Shown one piece after another: positions 9,042-18,068 of a stretch of 64,000 nucleotides of DNA. The notes under the pieces were generated by a model, which saw nothing but the letters and a program-made list of their open reading frames with translations, made no database searches and was not told the origin of the DNA. Every line of letters starts with the position of its first letter. The stretch's first letter is position 1. A program made the translations under genes and the position numbers. The stretch comes from an uncultured Holophaga sp. (GTDB lineage: Bacteria > Acidobacteriota > Holophagae > Holophagales > Holophagaceae), in assembly GCA_963664825.1 (NCBI GenBank), contig OY761614.1:2112001-2176000 (forward strand). The letters run 5' to 3'.

Positions 9042-9761
9042 CTACTCTTCGCCCTTCCGCTGCTTGCCCTCGGGATCGAAGGTGTAGCCCACGCTGCGCA
9101 TGGTATGGACCCAGCGGGGATGGTGGGCGTCGATCTCCATGGCGCGGCGGATGCGGACGATGAAGTTGTCCACGGTGCGGGTGGTGGGGTAGGTCTCTTC
9201 GCCCCAGACCTTGTCGAGAATCTCGGTGCGGCTCACCACCTGGCCCGGTTTCTCCATGAGGAGCTTGAGGATCATGCACTCCTTCACCCCCAGCTGGAAG
9301 GCGCCTCCGGGGCCTTCGCCGCAGAAGTTCTCGAAATCCACCCAGTGGGGGCCGAAGTTCTGGCGGCCGGCCAGGGTGCGATTCCGGTACCAGGCCTCCC
9401 GGCGCAGGATGGCGCGCACGCGCAAAAGCAGCTCCCGCACCTGGAAGGGCTTGCCCAGGTAATCGTCACCGCCTGTCTCGAAGCCGTGGACGCGATCATC
9501 CTCGGTATTCTTGGCGGTGAGAAAGAGGATGGGGGTGAAGTTCTTCGCATCCCGCACCCGCTCGCAGACGGAGAATCCGTCCATGCCCGGCAGCATCACG
9601 TCCAGGATCACCAGGTCGTAATCGTCATGGAGGATGCGCTTGAGGGCCTCGTCGCCCCGGGTGATCCACTCGCAGGGCAGGCCTTCCATTTCGAGATTGA
9701 GCTTGATGCCCTCGGCCAAGCTCAGTTCGTCTTCGACCAATAGGATCCGGGGTGCGGGCAT
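9042..9761 (-). CDS. OmpR/PhoB-family response regulator
   Basis: LVEDE, LDVMLPG, KPF, winged helix TRTVDNFIVRIR...VGY. Confidence 0.93.
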   Translation of the reverse strand: MPAPRILLVEDELSLAEGIKLNLEMEGLPCEWITRGDEALKRILHDDYDLVILDVMLPGMDGFSVCERVRDAKNFTPILFLTAKNTEDDRVHGFETGGDDYLGKPFQVRELLLRVRAILRREAWYRNRTLAGRQNFGPHWVDFENFCGEGPGGAFQLGVKECMILKLLMEKPGQVVSRTEILDKVWGEETYPTTRTVDNFIVRIRRAMEIDAHHPRWVHTMRSVGYTFDPEGKQRKGEE

Positions 9762-9816
9762 GGAGACTCCAGGTTATAGAAATCCTAGCGCTAGAATGGA
9801 ATTTGGAGTCTAACCA

Positions 9817-10770
9817 ATGAACACCCCTTACGTGAGCATCGTGATTCCCATCTTCAACGAGGAGGAAAACATCCCCGTTCTCTGGGAGCGCCTTTCGCGC
9901 GTGCTCCTCGAACATTTTCCCGGCGGGGACCGGGATTGGGAGGTGGTCTTCACCGACGATGGCAGCCGGGATAACAGTCTGGAGCTGCTCAAGGCCATCG
10001 CCGAACAGGAACCCCGGGTCTCCGTGGTGGAGTTCAACCGCAACTACGGTCAGCACAGCGCCATCTTCGGAGCCTTCTCCATCGTGGCCGGCCAGGTCAT
10101 TGTCACCCTGGACGCCGATCTCCAGAACCCTCCGGAGGAAATTCCCAAGCTGGTGGCCAAGATAGATGAAGGCTTCGACGTGGTGGGGGGATGGCGCCAG
10201 GGTCGCATGAATAACGACAGCCTCTTTCGGACACTGCCCTCGAAAATCGTCAATGCGGTGACTCGGAGGACAACGGGGGTGAAGCTCAACGACTACGGGT
10301 GCATGCTGCGGGCCTATCGCCGGGAGATCGTGGATGCCATGCTCCAGTGCAAGGAACGCTCGAGCTTCATTCCCGCTCTGGCCAATTCCTTCGCCAAGCG
10401 CATCACCGAAGTGCCAGTGGCCCATGCGGAGCGCGCCGCCGGCGAGAGCAAGTACGGCCTCTGGAAGCTGATCAATCTGCAGTTCGATCTGCTCACCAGC
10501 TTCAGCCTCCTGCCGCTGCAGATGCTCAGTGTGCTGGGGGTCGTCGTGGCGTTCCTGGGCTTCCTCCTGTTCCTGGGTCTCGTGGCTTACCGCTTCCTGC
10601 ATCCGGAGGGAACAGCTGAAGGTGTCTTCACCCTCTTCGCGGTCCTCTTTTTCTTCGTGGGTTGCCAGTTCGTGGCCTTCGGACTCCTGGGTGAATACAT
10701 CGGCCGCATCTACCAGGAGGTCCGGGATCGCCCCCGCTTCGTGGTCAAGCGCATCCACAAGGAACTCTGA
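9817..10770 (+). CDS. ArnC/GtrB-like GT2 polyprenol-phosphate glycosyltransferase
   Basis: IPIFNEEEN, DDGSRD, RNYGQH, DADLQNPP, two C-terminal TMs, GEYIGRIY. Confidence 0.9.
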   Translation: MNTPYVSIVIPIFNEEENIPVLWERLSRVLLEHFPGGDRDWEVVFTDDGSRDNSLELLKAIAEQEPRVSVVEFNRNYGQHSAIFGAFSIVAGQVIVTLDADLQNPPEEIPKLVAKIDEGFDVVGGWRQGRMNNDSLFRTLPSKIVNAVTRRTTGVKLNDYGCMLRAYRREIVDAMLQCKERSSFIPALANSFAKRITEVPVAHAERAAGESKYGLWKLINLQFDLLTSFSLLPLQMLSVLGVVVAFLGFLLFLGLVAYRFLHPEGTAEGVFTLFAVLFFFVGCQFVAFGLLGEYIGRIYQEVRDRPRFVVKRIHKEL

Positions 10771-10843
10771 AATAGGAGCTGAACCCAGCTCCTGAATGAC
10801 CCACCATTCGTTTTCTGCGATCGGCCTTTTCCCTGGAGTCCCC

Positions 10844-12241
10844 ATGCGCATCTCCTTCCACGGCGCCGCCCAGGGCGTGACGGGCTCCTGTCATCTCCTG
10901 GACACGGGTTCGGCGCGGATCCTGGTGGATTGCGGGCTCTTCCAGGGCAGCCGCAAGCTGCGGGAGGAGAACGAGGCCCCCTTCGGTTTCGATCCGGCCT
11001 CTATCGATGTGGTGCTCCTCACCCATGCCCATCTGGATCACTGCGGCCGCATCCCGCTGCTGGTGAAGCAGGGATTCAAGGGGAAGGTGATCTGCACGGC
11101 GGCGACCCGGGAGCTGGCTCGCATGGTGCTGCTGGACACGGCCCACCTCCAGGAGGAGGAGGTCGCCAGGGCCCAGCGCCGCTTGGCCCGGGGCCAGCAC
11201 ATCCACGGCATGGCCGAAGAACCTCTCTACGATCATCTGGAGGTGGAAGCGGCCTATGAACTCTTCCAGGGCGTGGCGGAGTATGGGAAGGCCTTCGAGA
11301 TCGCGCCGAATCTCAAAGTCCTATTCCAGGACGCGGGGCATATCCTCGGTTCGGCCAGCATCCTGGTGGAAGCCAAGGAAAACGGGCATTCTCGGCGCAT
11401 CGTGTTCTCGGGGGATATCGGCAGCCCCGACCACCCCATCGTGAATGACCCTGTGCCAGCGCCCGAGGCCGATGCCGTGGTGATGGAGACCACGTACGGC
11501 GGGCATCACCATCGCGGCGTCCTGGAGACCGCGATGGAATTTTTCGATGCCATTTCGACGACCATTCAGGCCGGGGGCAATGTGCTGGTGCCCACCTTCG
11601 CCCTGGAGCGGGCCCAGGAAGTGGTCTATGGTCTGCGCGAAGGCCTCGAGCACAAGCGTCTGCCCTCGGGGCTCAAGGCCTTCGTGGATTCCCCCATGGC
11701 CGTCAGCGCCACGGATGTCTTCCGAGCCCACCCCGAGTGCTACGACAGCCAGGCGCTCCTGGTGCTGAAGGACCGGGATCCCTTTGCCTTCCCTGGCCTC
11801 AGCTACACCCGGGAGCGCAGCCAATCCAAGGCCATCAACGCGGTGCGATCCGGCGCGGTGATCCTGGCGGGGGCGGGCATGTGCACGGGGGGGCGTGTGC
11901 AGCACCATCTGGAACAACTCCTGCCCCGGCCCGAGTGCGCCGTGGTCTTCGTGGGCTATGCGGCCTTCGGGACTCCCGCCCGAGCCATCATCGACGGCGC
12001 TAAGACGCTTCGGCTCTTCGGTCAGGACGTGCCCGTGCGCGCCAAGATCCACACCATCAACGGGTTCTCCGGCCACGGCGACCACGGCACCCTGATGCAA
12101 TGGCACGGGGACCGGGCCAAGGCGGGCCTCACCTTCCTGGTGCACGGCGAAGCCGATCGCGCCCAGGCCCTGCGCCAGGACCTGGAAGGGCGGGGCTTCC
12201 CATGCGAGTACCCGGCGCCCCACCAGGGATTCGAGCTCTGA
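10844..12241 (+). CDS. MBL-fold beta-CASP ribonuclease-like protein
   Basis: THAHLDHCG, AGHILGS, FSGD, FSGHGD, VHGE. Confidence 0.92.
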   Translation: MRISFHGAAQGVTGSCHLLDTGSARILVDCGLFQGSRKLREENEAPFGFDPASIDVVLLTHAHLDHCGRIPLLVKQGFKGKVICTAATRELARMVLLDTAHLQEEEVARAQRRLARGQHIHGMAEEPLYDHLEVEAAYELFQGVAEYGKAFEIAPNLKVLFQDAGHILGSASILVEAKENGHSRRIVFSGDIGSPDHPIVNDPVPAPEADAVVMETTYGGHHHRGVLETAMEFFDAISTTIQAGGNVLVPTFALERAQEVVYGLREGLEHKRLPSGLKAFVDSPMAVSATDVFRAHPECYDSQALLVLKDRDPFAFPGLSYTRERSQSKAINAVRSGAVILAGAGMCTGGRVQHHLEQLLPRPECAVVFVGYAAFGTPARAIIDGAKTLRLFGQDVPVRAKIHTINGFSGHGDHGTLMQWHGDRAKAGLTFLVHGEADRAQALRQDLEGRGFPCEYPAPHQGFEL

Positions 12242-12331
12242 GGTCGGACTCGAAGGAGGACCCCAAAGGGCATTCCGAGAAGCTGGTCGCGGATTTCGCC
12301 CTGGGGCGCGCACGCCAAGCCAGAGTAGCTC

Positions 12332-13957
12332 TCAATAGGATCTCGGCACCTTGATCACGTCCTTAGAGGGCAGCTTGAAGGCCTCGGGCCGCTCCTTCAC
12401 GACCTTCCGCAGCCACTCCTGGGAATAGCCCTGCTCCTGGGGATGGCCCTTGGCGTCCTTCACGTAGCCATCGTTGTATTTGGTGAAGAGGGTCTCCGCC
12501 AGCTGGATCCAGCGGCGGGTCACCTGTTCGCCACTGGACACGCAGTAGTCGGTGAGGAAGCGGGTGGCCCGTTCGGGATCGGCCTTCAGCATCTCCAGAG
12601 CTGTGGCCTCGATGGCGGGCTGGAGGGCGAAGAAGTTGCCTTCCAGCTCCTGCTGGACCTTCAGGATGTCCTTGGACATGTGCGAGAAGCGGAGCTGGGC
12701 GTAGTTGGCCACGAGATTGAAGACCCACCAGGCCGAATCCCAGGAGAACTTCTTCAGCTCCCCCCGGGCGAAGGAGGGTGGCACCGCGGAGATCCCCGCG
12801 TAGAGCGGGAAGTAGCAGCTGGTGTAGGTGTCATCCACGCCGTACCACAGGAGGCCTCCCACGGGATCGGGTAGGAAGGCCCGGGCCTGGGCCACGAAGG
12901 AGCAGCCGGTCTGCTGGGCGGAGATGGGCCGCTCCCAGGTGTACGAGGCGTCATCCACCTGGAAGCCCATGGGGCGGGCTCGCAGGGGCGAGCCGAAAGG
13001 CCCCGCGTCCAGGCCCTGGGTCATGTCCAGAGGGGTGCCTTCGTAGTGGTCGCGCATGAGGGCCATGACATCCTGGACCCCGAGCTTGCGGTCGGCCTTG
13101 ATCCACAGGGGATAGGGCTTCGCGCCCTGGATGCCGTGGCAATAATCCAGCGACAGGTCCAGGGAGGGAGCCGCCCGCCGGAAGATCGACCACACGCGGC
13201 TCTCGGTGTAGCGCAGCTCCTGGGCCGTGGCAGGGCAGTAGGCCTCGCAGAAGCGGAAGGGGCCATCGGTCTTGGGGTTGAAGTAGCCCTTCTGGGTGGC
13301 GAAGGCGATCACCTCAGGCGAGTAGAGGCAGTTCTCGGGATCGTTCAGGGGAAAGCCGCCGATGCGCGAGCGGTTGGCGTGGGCGGAGATCATGCCGTCG
13401 GGCACCCTCAGGGCCACCCAGTGCGCGCCCTTGCCGCCCTCGCCGGGGCCGATCATCTCCAGAATCCAGGCTTCCTTCGTGTCGGCGATGGAGAAGGATT
13501 CGCCCGTGGAGGCATAGCCGAACTCCGCCACCAGCGAGGTCATGACCCGGATCGCCTCCCGGGCCGTGCGGGCGCGTTGGAGGGCCAGATCCATCAGGTC
13601 CCAGTATTCCAGCCCGCCCTTGCCGTTCTGGAGCTCGGCGCGGCCATCGAAGGTGGTTTCGCCGATGGCGAGCTGGTGCTCGTTCATGATTCCGGAGAAG
13701 GCATAGGTGTGAGCGACCTGGGGAATCCGCAGGCGCACCACTCCATCCCAGCCCTTGAGCTCGCACGGCTCGCCAGGCTTGTGGTCTGCCGCAGGGGCAT
13801 GCTCCAGGCGCGGGTGGAATTCCCCGTCCACCGAATAGGCGATGATCACCGAGGCATCCTTGGAGGCTCCCTTGGTCACCAGGATATTGGTGCAGGCGAG
13901 GCCCTGGCGGAAGGGCGTCAACGCGAGCAGGAGCAGCAGGATGGCGCTTCGTCGCAT
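12332..13957 (-). CDS. C69-family dipeptidase (secreted)
   Basis: Signal peptide then catalytic CT, MNEHQLAIGETT, GESFSIAD. Confidence 0.88.
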   Translation of the reverse strand: MRRSAILLLLLALTPFRQGLACTNILVTKGASKDASVIIAYSVDGEFHPRLEHAPAADHKPGEPCELKGWDGVVRLRIPQVAHTYAFSGIMNEHQLAIGETTFDGRAELQNGKGGLEYWDLMDLALQRARTAREAIRVMTSLVAEFGYASTGESFSIADTKEAWILEMIGPGEGGKGAHWVALRVPDGMISAHANRSRIGGFPLNDPENCLYSPEVIAFATQKGYFNPKTDGPFRFCEAYCPATAQELRYTESRVWSIFRRAAPSLDLSLDYCHGIQGAKPYPLWIKADRKLGVQDVMALMRDHYEGTPLDMTQGLDAGPFGSPLRARPMGFQVDDASYTWERPISAQQTGCSFVAQARAFLPDPVGGLLWYGVDDTYTSCYFPLYAGISAVPPSFARGELKKFSWDSAWWVFNLVANYAQLRFSHMSKDILKVQQELEGNFFALQPAIEATALEMLKADPERATRFLTDYCVSSGEQVTRRWIQLAETLFTKYNDGYVKDAKGHPQEQGYSQEWLRKVVKERPEAFKLPSKDVIKVPRSY

Positions 13958-14069
13958 GGGAACTCCGGAGGCGAAAGATCGGTGGGCATCCGAATTCTAG
14001 CGCCTTGGGGATGCCTCCGGCCCTTTCGGAACGACTCGAACTCCCGGGCTTATTTTGTGTCGAGAGACC

Positions 14070-15116
14070 TCAGAGCCTCAGCTGCGCCTTCAGGCTGGCG
14101 GCCATGTCCATGAAGACCTTGCTCTGGGGGCTCTCCGGGTGGCCGATGACGAGGGGTGTGCCCTGGTCGCTGCCGAGGCGGATCTCCAGATCGATGGGGA
14201 TCTCGCCCAGGAAGGGCAGGTCCATGCGGAGGGCCGCGGCCTTCACGCCGCCGTGGCCGAAGATAGGAGTCTCGCCCTGGCAGTGGGGGCAAATGAAGCT
14301 CGACATGTTCTCGATGACCCCGAGAATGGGAGTCTCCACGGTCTTGAAGAGCCCAATGGCCTTCTTGGCATCCAGGAAGGCCACATCCTGAGGCGTGCTC
14401 ACCACGATGGCGCCGCCCTTGTCGATGGCGCCCTTGGCATTCTGCACGAGGGTGATCTGCACGTCGCCCGTGCCCGGGGGCAGATCGATGAAGAGGATGT
14501 CGAGATCTCCCCACAGCACATCCCCCAGGAACTGCTGGAGAGCCTTGTTGAGCATGGGCCCCCGCCAGAGGACGGGCCGGTCCTCGTCGATGAGGAAGCC
14601 CATGCTCATGAGCTTCAGGCCGAACTTCTCGATGGGCTTGATCTTGCCCTCGGGGGTGCCTTCGGGGCCGTCCTGGATGCCGAACATCATGGCCATGCTG
14701 GGGCCGTAGATATCGGAATCCAGTAATCCCACCCTCAGCCCCAGCTTCGCGGCCGCGCAGGCCAGATTGGCCGCCACGGTGCTCTTGCCCACGCCCCCCT
14801 TGCCGCTGCCAATGACCACGGCAGCCTTCACGGTGGGCAGCAGGTTCTTGAAATCCGCCTCGGGCGCGCGCTCCCAGGTGAAGGCCAGATCCACCTCTTC
14901 GACTCCATCCACCGCGCTGAACCTTTCGCGAAGGGCCTGGCCGATGAGTTCCTCCCGATCCTTATAGGCCTCCAGGAGTTGGAGGGTGAGCCGGACTTTG
15001 GCGCCCTCCAGGTCGATGCCCTTGACGGCCTTCAGGGCCACCAGGCTGGTCTGGACGCCGGGGACTTCCCAGGTATTGAGGATATCGAATAGGGCGGCGC
15101 GGCTGATCTGGGTCAC
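14070..15116 (-). CDS. apbC: Mrp/NBP35 (ApbC) Fe-S cluster carrier ATPase
   Basis: SGKGGVGKST, DIYGPS, DLPPGTGD, ENMS..CPHC. Confidence 0.93.
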   Translation of the reverse strand: MTQISRAALFDILNTWEVPGVQTSLVALKAVKGIDLEGAKVRLTLQLLEAYKDREELIGQALRERFSAVDGVEEVDLAFTWERAPEADFKNLLPTVKAAVVIGSGKGGVGKSTVAANLACAAAKLGLRVGLLDSDIYGPSMAMMFGIQDGPEGTPEGKIKPIEKFGLKLMSMGFLIDEDRPVLWRGPMLNKALQQFLGDVLWGDLDILFIDLPPGTGDVQITLVQNAKGAIDKGGAIVVSTPQDVAFLDAKKAIGLFKTVETPILGVIENMSSFICPHCQGETPIFGHGGVKAAALRMDLPFLGEIPIDLEIRLGSDQGTPLVIGHPESPQSKVFMDMAASLKAQLRL

Positions 15117-15291
15117 AGCATTCTCCTGCCTCTAGCCTGCCACGACTGGCCCGAGGGGTGGGGATCCCGGATTTCGCCTTGGGAATCAAGGCTTTTCCAG
15201 GTATCCTGACCCTTCGCCCGATTTCCGGGTACGGGCCGCCAGGCCTTAAACCAACGAGAGGGCTGGAAATACCAGCCGGGTAGGAGGATCC

Positions 15292-15963
15292 ATGAGCAAC
15301 ACTGAAACCATCATCGTGGCCTTGCGTGAAACGGTCGGCAAGGCCGCCTCCCGCGAACTTCGCAAGAGCGGTTTCATCCCCGCGACCATCTATGGCCTGG
15401 GTGAGGCCGTGGTTTCGGTCGCCATCAGCCCCAAGATCGTGGCCCGCATCCTGGCCAGCGATACCGGCATGAACTCCATGATCCATATGCAGCGCGAAGG
15501 CACCGATATCCAGCGCCACGCCATCATCAAGGACCTGCAGCGCGATCCCGTCACGGGCCGCCTCTCCCACGTGGATTTCATGCGCGTGGATCCCACCCAC
15601 AAGGTGAAGGTGCAGGTCCCCATCATTCTCAAGGGCATTCCTGCGGGCGTGAAGGAGGGCGGCATCCTTGACTTCGTCCATCGTTACATTGAGATTGAGT
15701 GCCTGCCCGCCCTCATTCCTGCCCATGTTGAAGTCAACGTGGACCGCTTGATGGTCGGCGATGTCATCCGCGTCGATCAGATCGAGCTGGATAGCCATCT
15801 GACGGTGCTGGGCGATCCCCGCAATGTGATCTGCTCTGTCCAGGGCGCCATGGCCGAGGAAGAGGTCGCTCCCGTCGTTGCTGCGGAAGCCCCCGCCGCT
15901 GAAGGTGCGGTCAAGGAAGCCGAAGCCGCTCCCGCCAAGGGCAAGAAGGACGACAAGAAGTAG
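15292..15963 (+). CDS. rplY: 50S ribosomal protein L25/CTC
   Basis: GKAASRELRKSGFIPATIYG, HVDF, C-terminal CTC domain. Confidence 0.95.
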   Translation: MSNTETIIVALRETVGKAASRELRKSGFIPATIYGLGEAVVSVAISPKIVARILASDTGMNSMIHMQREGTDIQRHAIIKDLQRDPVTGRLSHVDFMRVDPTHKVKVQVPIILKGIPAGVKEGGILDFVHRYIEIECLPALIPAHVEVNVDRLMVGDVIRVDQIELDSHLTVLGDPRNVICSVQGAMAEEEVAPVVAAEAPAAEGAVKEAEAAPAKGKKDDKK

Positions 15964-15981
15964 TTCCTTTTTCCGAGAACC

Positions 15982-16013
15982 ACGAATGGCCGCCTGAGAG
16001 CGGCCATTCGTTT
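15982..16013 (+). terminator. Hairpin after rplY (short U tract)
   Basis: acgaatggccgc / gcggccattcgt followed by tt. Confidence 0.55.
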
Positions 16014-16027
16014 AGCGGGAGCCGACC

Positions 16028-16711
16028 GTGTGGGGTGTATTGCAGAAGCTCTTGGGCTCCCGGATGCAGACGGAGCCCCTGCCGGTGGGGCCCCACTGGA
16101 TCCTGCTGCCTCTGGGCAATCCCGGTGGAAAATACTCCGCCACCCGCCACAATCTGGGGCGTCTCGTCGTGCAGCGCTGGATGGAGCGCCACTGCCCGGA
16201 GCCCGAGACGCTGCATCGCTTTCAGACCGGCACGCTCTACGGCTTGAAGGAGCCCTTCCTGGCCCTCGTGCCCGGCACCTACATGAACCTCTCCGGCCAG
16301 GTGGTGGCCGAGGCCCTGGAGGCCGGGATGGATCCGGCCCGGATGATCGTGCTCTTCGATGACAAGGATCTGCCCCTGGGCATGGGGCGCTTCCGCCTGG
16401 AAGGGAGTGCCGGGGGCCACAATGGCCTTCAGAGCGTGATCGAGCATTTGGGCGGGCCGAAGGTGGCGCGACTGCGCCTGGGCATCGGCCCCTTCCAGCG
16501 TCCCCTGGCTGCCTTCGTCCTCCAGGATTGGAGCGAGGCGGAAAGGGCGCGCATCGAGGCCCTGGACGGGCCTTTCGCGCGATTCATGGAACTCCTGGGA
16601 GGCTGCGAGAATCTGGAGAGCCTCAGCGGGAGGGTGAATGGCGCGGCCTTCTGGGGGGAGGCTCCAGGCTCGGCCTCAGAAACTTCCCTTGAGCCTCAGG
16701 CCGAACCCTGA
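16028..16711 (+). CDS. pth: Peptidyl-tRNA hydrolase
   Basis: LGNPG.KY..TRHNLG, TYMNLSG, GGHNGL, RLRLGIG. Confidence 0.92.
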   Translation: MWGVLQKLLGSRMQTEPLPVGPHWILLPLGNPGGKYSATRHNLGRLVVQRWMERHCPEPETLHRFQTGTLYGLKEPFLALVPGTYMNLSGQVVAEALEAGMDPARMIVLFDDKDLPLGMGRFRLEGSAGGHNGLQSVIEHLGGPKVARLRLGIGPFQRPLAAFVLQDWSEAERARIEALDGPFARFMELLGGCENLESLSGRVNGAAFWGEAPGSASETSLEPQAEP

Positions 16712-16745
16712 GAAACTGTTCTTTCACGCTCCCCGCCGGGGAGCT

Positions 16746-16817
16746 CTCCTTGCTCTGGCCCACCATGATCGTCATGGCCGGGAATGAACCGGGGCTTCAC
16801 ATCCACAAGGAGGATGA
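16746..16817 (+). promoter_or_regulatory. S6:S18 ribosomal protein leader RNA
   Basis: CTCCTTG (16746-16752) pairs with CAAGGAG (16806-16812) covering the SD; internal hairpin and CCG motif; directly upstream of rpsF. Confidence 0.7.
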
Positions 16818-17207
16818 ATGCGTCGTTACGAGACGATCTTTATCGCCTCCCCGACTTTGACCGACGAGCAGATTGACGAGCTCGTGCGTTATTTCGAGGG
16901 AATCGTTGTCGAGCAGGGTGGCGAGCTGCTCAGGACCGACAAGTGGGGCCGCAAGAAGCTGGCCTACGAAGTGCAGAAGTTCAGCGAGGGCTACTACACC
17001 CTGTTCGAAATGAACGCGGGTCCCAGCCTCATCGCCGAGCTCGAGCGCCGCTTCCGCAACCACGACTCCGTCATCAAGTTCATGTCAGTGCGCATGGACG
17101 AGCAGGCCAAGGCCGCTGAGCGTCAGAAGATCCGCTACGCCCGCGAGGCCAAGCGCAAGGCTCAGGCTGGCATCAAGGAGCGTTCCGCTGAAGAGGTGAT
17201 GGGATGA
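16818..17207 (+). CDS. rpsF: 30S ribosomal protein S6
   Basis: [23 protein letters not shown]. Confidence 0.97.
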   Translation: MRRYETIFIASPTLTDEQIDELVRYFEGIVVEQGGELLRTDKWGRKKLAYEVQKFSEGYYTLFEMNAGPSLIAELERRFRNHDSVIKFMSVRMDEQAKAAERQKIRYAREAKRKAQAGIKERSAEEVMG

Positions 17208-17467
17208 AGAAGCGCGCAGCTGCAAAGGGCAAGCCCAAGAAGAAAAAGCAGTTTGGCGGACGGCGCAGCAAGTTCTGCAAATTCTGCGTCGAAAAGTCCA
17301 CGTTCGTTGATTACAAGGATGTGAAGACCCTCCAGGGCTTCACTCCCGAGCGCGGCAAGGTCCTGCCCCGCCGCACCAGCGGCGTGTGCGCCCTCCACCA
17401 GCGCATGCTCGTCGAAGCGATCAAGCGCTCGCGCAATATCGCGCTGCTGCCTTTCGCCACTGACTAG
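17204..17467 (+). CDS. rpsR: 30S ribosomal protein S18 (Zn-ribbon C+ form)
   Basis: [32 protein letters not shown]. Confidence 0.97.
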   Translation: MKKRAAAKGKPKKKKQFGGRRSKFCKFCVEKSTFVDYKDVKTLQGFTPERGKVLPRRTSGVCALHQRMLVEAIKRSRNIALLPFATD

Positions 17468-17483
17468 GCTTTTCCGTTTTACG

Positions 17484-17512
17484 AAGCGGGCCGCCCCAGG
17501 GCGGCCCGCTTT
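17484..17512 (+). terminator. Rho-independent terminator
   Basis: aagcgggccgccc-ca-gggcggcccgctt-t. Confidence 0.7.
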
Positions 17513-17551
17513 GTAATTTCAAGAGCGGCCTTCAGCGGGTACCCTAGGGGC

Positions 17552-18067
17552 ATGCCCGAGACTGCCCCCCCCTCGCTCACCCTTCCCCTCCGCCGCATGA
17601 AGGCCCTCCAGGCCAGCTGGAAGCCCCTGCTGCTCAATTGGCTGGTACCCGGCCTGGGTTACTGGCGGATCGGAGAAAAACTGCGGGCCAAGGTGCTCTT
17701 CGGCGTGAGCCTCACCTTCTGTCTGCTGGCCTTCCTCCAACTCCACTTCGGTGCCGTGGACGGCATCACGGGCGGCGTGTTCGTCCCCAAGACTGATCCC
17801 TTCGAATGGATGCCCACCCTGGGCGCCCTGGGCACGGCGGGCGTGGGGCCTGTCTACACGCTCTACGCCTGGGCCTTTGGCGGCTCCGTGGCCGAACCCG
17901 TGCGCAACCTCACCCAGGAATACGGCGCCACCTACCTCATGGTGGCCGGCCTCCTCAACTGGCTCGCCTGCTTCGATCTCTTCGACCGCGTGACGGGGCG
18001 CTGGATCTATCGCCTGCCCAAGGACGAGCTGGATACCCTGACGAAGAAGGAAACGAAGGGGGAATAG
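17552..18067 (+). CDS. Membrane protein (DUF6677-like)
   Basis: WLVPGLG, EYGATYLMVAGLLN; several TMs. Confidence 0.7.
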   Translation: MPETAPPSLTLPLRRMKALQASWKPLLLNWLVPGLGYWRIGEKLRAKVLFGVSLTFCLLAFLQLHFGAVDGITGGVFVPKTDPFEWMPTLGALGTAGVGPVYTLYAWAFGGSVAEPVRNLTQEYGATYLMVAGLLNWLACFDLFDRVTGRWIYRLPKDELDTLTKKETKGE

Positions 18068-18068
18068 G

